Notes under the pieces: model-generated
What the model saw: only the letters and a program-made list of their open reading frames with translations
Told to the model about the DNA's origin: nothing
Databases searched by the model: none
Made by a program: the position numbers and the translations under genes
NCBI RefSeq assembly: GCF_964204645.1
Contig: NC_134034.1
Coordinates: forward strand, 10,862,962 to 10,926,961
Origin: Tubulanus polymorphus
Lineage: Eukaryota; Animalia; Nemertea
Direction: 5' to 3'
Length of the DNA stretch: 64,000 nt
Part shown: positions 61,801 through 64,000 of the stretch, one piece after another
How positions within the stretch are numbered: position 1 is the first letter of the stretch
How the letters are laid out: each line of letters opens with the position of its first letter

Positions 61801-62323
61801 ATCGTACAGATATAAAAACGGTCTGGATTTACACGTGTTTAACAAACATACTAAAGGGGGCGCTGCTCGGAGTTATCGGTGTGAATTATGTTTGAAAAGT
61901 TTTTTACAAAAGTGTTCTCTGGACCGCCATGTGAGGATGAGTCATCAGTTAGAAAAGTATTCCGAGGCTAAGGAGGAGGCAGAGGAGATGGAGACAGATT
62001 CAAAGCCTAAGGAGACAGATGGGGTGAAGATGGATTCTGAAACCGAGGAGGAGGCAAAGGAGGTGATGACAGATTCTGAGACTGAGGAAGAGACGAAGGA
62101 AGGGATGACGGATTCAGAGACTGATGAGGAAACAGAGGAGGTGATGAGTGACTCAAATTGGGAGTTTGAATCAGATTCTGATACCGGGGAGGGCTTAGAA
62201 TTAGAAGTTGAATTTGAGGACGAGGAAAATGTGGATCCGACAAAAATGACATTTGACGAATTGCACCCTTGGCAGCAGTATACTGAATTTTCTAATAAAA
62301 TATGGATTTTTACAAACCGTTAA
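58835..62323 (+). CDS. C2H2 zinc-finger protein (ZNF-F), ~35 fingers built largely from a 4-finger module, acidic tail, C-terminal HPWQQY...KIWIF motif
   Basis: ORF after acceptor 58804; ATG 58835; recurring FKCEHCDK / HQCAICQK / CEICQQ / FPCKIC quartet. Confidence 0.9.
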   Translation: MSLPSSSTVHQGMKLHQCKICSKIYRSNRNLRRHWSSKHSSPLKCELCEKTFLMEESLMSHISAEHPEVDLYQCTFCQKYFTTESTLKKHVQNVHKSSHPHKCEICQRMFGQKCNLKRHMLTIHQGLKLYPCKICDRSFSTNYSLQQHMINEHDDAKPFKCDHCDKIFSTEKSLSNHASVGHPELNLHQCAICQKYFTTSTVLKRHIQNVHENSRPYKCEICLQTFKQSGSLKQHVMAIHQGAKPHQCKICKKNFSMKCSLQQHMRGVHDSVRPFKCDQCVKAFGRNWVLRQHVLLMHSALRPFKCKHCDKTYSLSKHLKRHMSAAHSHMISVHNNLGPFKCEHCDKSFNTKESLSSHKSAEHPGLNPQHQCAICQKYFALRSVLEEHIQYGHIGCHSLKCEICQQMFRRKANLKRHMLAVHQGAKPFPCMICKNTSFSLNSNLQRHMISVHADVKPFKCEHCDKIFSTEKSLSSHMSAEHPGLNLHQCDICPKDFASSSVLKRHRRNVHKCVGPYKCEICPQMFGHHSNLKMHVLVVHQGAKAFPCKICNDTSFSTNCNLQRHMISVHADVKPFKCNHCDKIFSSEESLSSHVSAEHQGLNPHQCTICQKYFAQSSVLKRHIQNVHKESHPHECEICQQKFGQKSNLKRHMLVVHQGAKQFPCKICNNTSFSLKSTLQRHMSSVHAHVQPFKCEICPQMFGHKSNLRRHVLAVHQGAKAFPCKICNNTSFSTNCNLQRHMISVHADVQPFKCEHCDKIFSSEESLSSHVSAEHPGLNLHQCAICQKDFKLESLLKRHIQNVHEDSHPHKCNICHQTFGQNSNLESHISTVHQGAKLHQCKICKVHFRSNSNLWRHMRSVHDKLRPFKCDQCDKTFSRGFTLKQHGKTVHGGVRTFKCDHCDKTFPRNSCLMRHKSNVHLNLKHECAICQKSFTMRTLLEVHLKIVHKGARLQKCDICWQTFANKSSLEKHLLVIHATADMYYCKMCEKSYRYKNGLDLHVFNKHTKGGAARSYRCELCLKSFLQKCSLDRHVRMSHQLEKYSEAKEEAEEMETDSKPKETDGVKMDSETEEEAKEVMTDSETEEETKEGMTDSETDEETEEVMSDSNWEFESDSDTGEGLELEVEFEDEENVDPTKMTFDELHPWQQYTEFSNKIWIFTNR

Positions 62324-62599
62324 TTGTAGATTGATTAAAAGGTTTTAACCAGGCAGAACACATTATACAATGTAGATTTGATTTTACTGAAATTGTTGTA
62401 CTAAAAACTTTGTGGTCATGAAATTTGTTTGTACAATGGAATTATAATAAAAAGAAATAATTTGCTTTGACATAAATAGTTAGCTCTTAAAATATTGTGA
62501 TCGCTGGATTTGATCGTGGGGACGATTCGCGATGGGTCAAATTTTCTGACGTTGGACAGTTGCACACGCACAGCGGCCATATAAAATCGCAATAAATCG

Positions 62600-62647
62600 G
62601 GATTCGAACCCATGTTGATTGACCAGAGAGGGCGCTTTAATCGAAAA
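62600..62647. promoter_or_regulatory. B-box + CTCF-like composite element downstream of ZNF-F (likely start of a further unit)
   Basis: GGATTCGAACC-CATGTTGATTGA-CCAGAGAGGGCGCT-TTAATCGAAAA. Confidence 0.5.
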
Positions 62648-63016
62648 TCCTCCTTCAAAACAAAATACACTTTAAATCATATGAGTTAAACTGCAGCGTC
62701 CCGTGAGAGGACCCGGGCCTGTGACGGGACATGGGTCCTCTCACGGGACAAATGTAGAATTCTTACATGAAACGTCGATTCCAATGCTAGCGGTTTCGAG
62801 TCTCAATATTCTTATGTATTCTGTCTATAACGGTTATGAATAAATAAATTCAACTATCGATTGTAATTATTACATTTTCCATTTTGATTTCATTTATAAA
62901 TACATAAAGGCCTACCGAAAAATTCTAATTTACTGCAGGGCCAGGGGGACAATATGGGGATATGAATGCACGTTTTTCACGCAGGATTTTACAACGGAAC
63001 CCGCGATTCAAGTTAC

Positions 63017-64000
63017 CGTCCCGTGAGAGGACCCGAATCAACACACTGTCCCGTGAGAGGACCCGATTTTAAATGCTGTCCCGTGAGAGGACCCGGTTCA
63101 ACACACTGTCCCGTGAGAGGACCCGATTTTAAATAATGTCCCGTGAGAGGAGCCACTTTTAAATGCTGTCCCGTGAGAGAACCCGATTCAACACACTGTC
63201 CCGTGAGAGGACCCGATTTTAAATAATGTCCCGTGAGAGGACCCTATTTTAAATACTGTCCCGTGAGAGGACCTGGTTCAACATTCTCTCCCGTGAGAGG
63301 ACCCTATTTTAAATACTGTCCCATGAGAGGACCCGATTCAACACACTGTCCCGTGAGAGGGCCCGATTCAACACACTGTCCCGTGAGAGGGCCCGATTCA
63401 ACACACTGTCCCGTGAGAGGACCCTATTTTAAATACTGTCCCGTGAGAGGACCCGATTTTAAATGCTGTCCCGTGAGAGGACCCGGTTCAACAAACTGTC
63501 CCGTGAGAGGACCCAATTTTAAAAACTGTCCTGCGAGAGGACCCGATTTTGAATACTGTCCCGTGAGAGGACCCGAATCAACTTACTGTCCCGTGAGAGG
63601 ACCCGGTTCAACACACTGTCCCGTGAGAGGAACCGATTTTAAATAATGTCCCGTGAGAGGACCCGAATCAACTTACTGTCCCGTGAGAGGACCCGGTTCA
63701 ACACACTGTCCCGTGAGAGGACCCACTTTTAAATACTGTCCCGTGAGAGGACCCGAATCAACTTACTGTCCCGTGAGAGGACCCGGTTCAACACACTGTC
63801 CCGTGAGAGGAACCGATTTTAAATAATGTCCCGTGAGAGGACCCGAATCAACTTACTGTCCCGTGAGAGGACCCGGTTCAACACACTGTCCCCTGAGAGG
63901 ACCCGATTTTAAATACTGTCCCGTGAGAGGACCCGAATCAACTTGCTGTCCCGTGAGAGGGCCCGGTTTCAAATAATGTCCCGTGAGAGGACCCGATTTT
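63017..64000. repeat. 30-bp satellite, ~33 copies, continues past the right edge
   Basis: Constant TGTCCCGTGAGAGGACCC plus a small set of reiterated ~12-bp variants. Confidence 0.95.

Noticed and set aside
35831-62252. Many antisense and alternative-frame ORFs over the ZNF genes (also over the TLR and the RGG exon)
   Set aside because: Shadow ORFs caused by repetitive, GC/CpG-rich codon usage; no independent motifs.
63017-64000. CRISPR-like look (constant repeat plus variable spacer) and the 137-aa CPVRGP ORF
   Set aside because: Variable parts are only ~12 bp and are reiterated, there are no cas genes, and the context is eukaryotic. The ORF is a by-product of a 30-bp period.

Overview
Eukaryotic, intron-rich invertebrate (bilaterian, probably lophotrochozoan; species not determinable here) genomic DNA; no prokaryotic features. 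Left to right: (1) the 5' ~26 coding exons of TRRAP on the minus strand, running off the left edge; (2) a two-exon, single-cysteine-cluster Toll-like receptor (935 aa) whose TIR BB-loop Pro is replaced by Cys; (3) a 12-exon minus-strand gene (737 aa) for an uncharacterised RGG/prion-like/zinc-finger protein with four micro-exons, a candidate 15-nt poison exon and a perfect intronic hairpin; (4) HSBP1, missed by the ORF track, with a textbook U12-type AT-AC intron; (5) a tandem cluster of five HX4H-type C2H2 zinc-finger genes plus one pseudogene (35-62.3 kb); (6) a 30-bp satellite at the right edge. The best candidate for an undescribed system is the zinc-finger cluster. The downstream genes appear to be amplified from the last exon of the first gene. 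Three of them (plus the pseudogene) end in an acidic tail and a shared C-terminal motif (PWQxY..xS.KIWxF) that could be a lineage-specific effector module. Each unit is preceded by an isolated TFIIIC B-box, in five cases followed at near-constant spacing by a CTCF-like motif. Introns carry several MITE and minisatellite families, including five copies of a TTAA-flanked piggyBac-type MITE. All gene models were assembled by eye from splice signals and recalled protein similarity; no searches were run.
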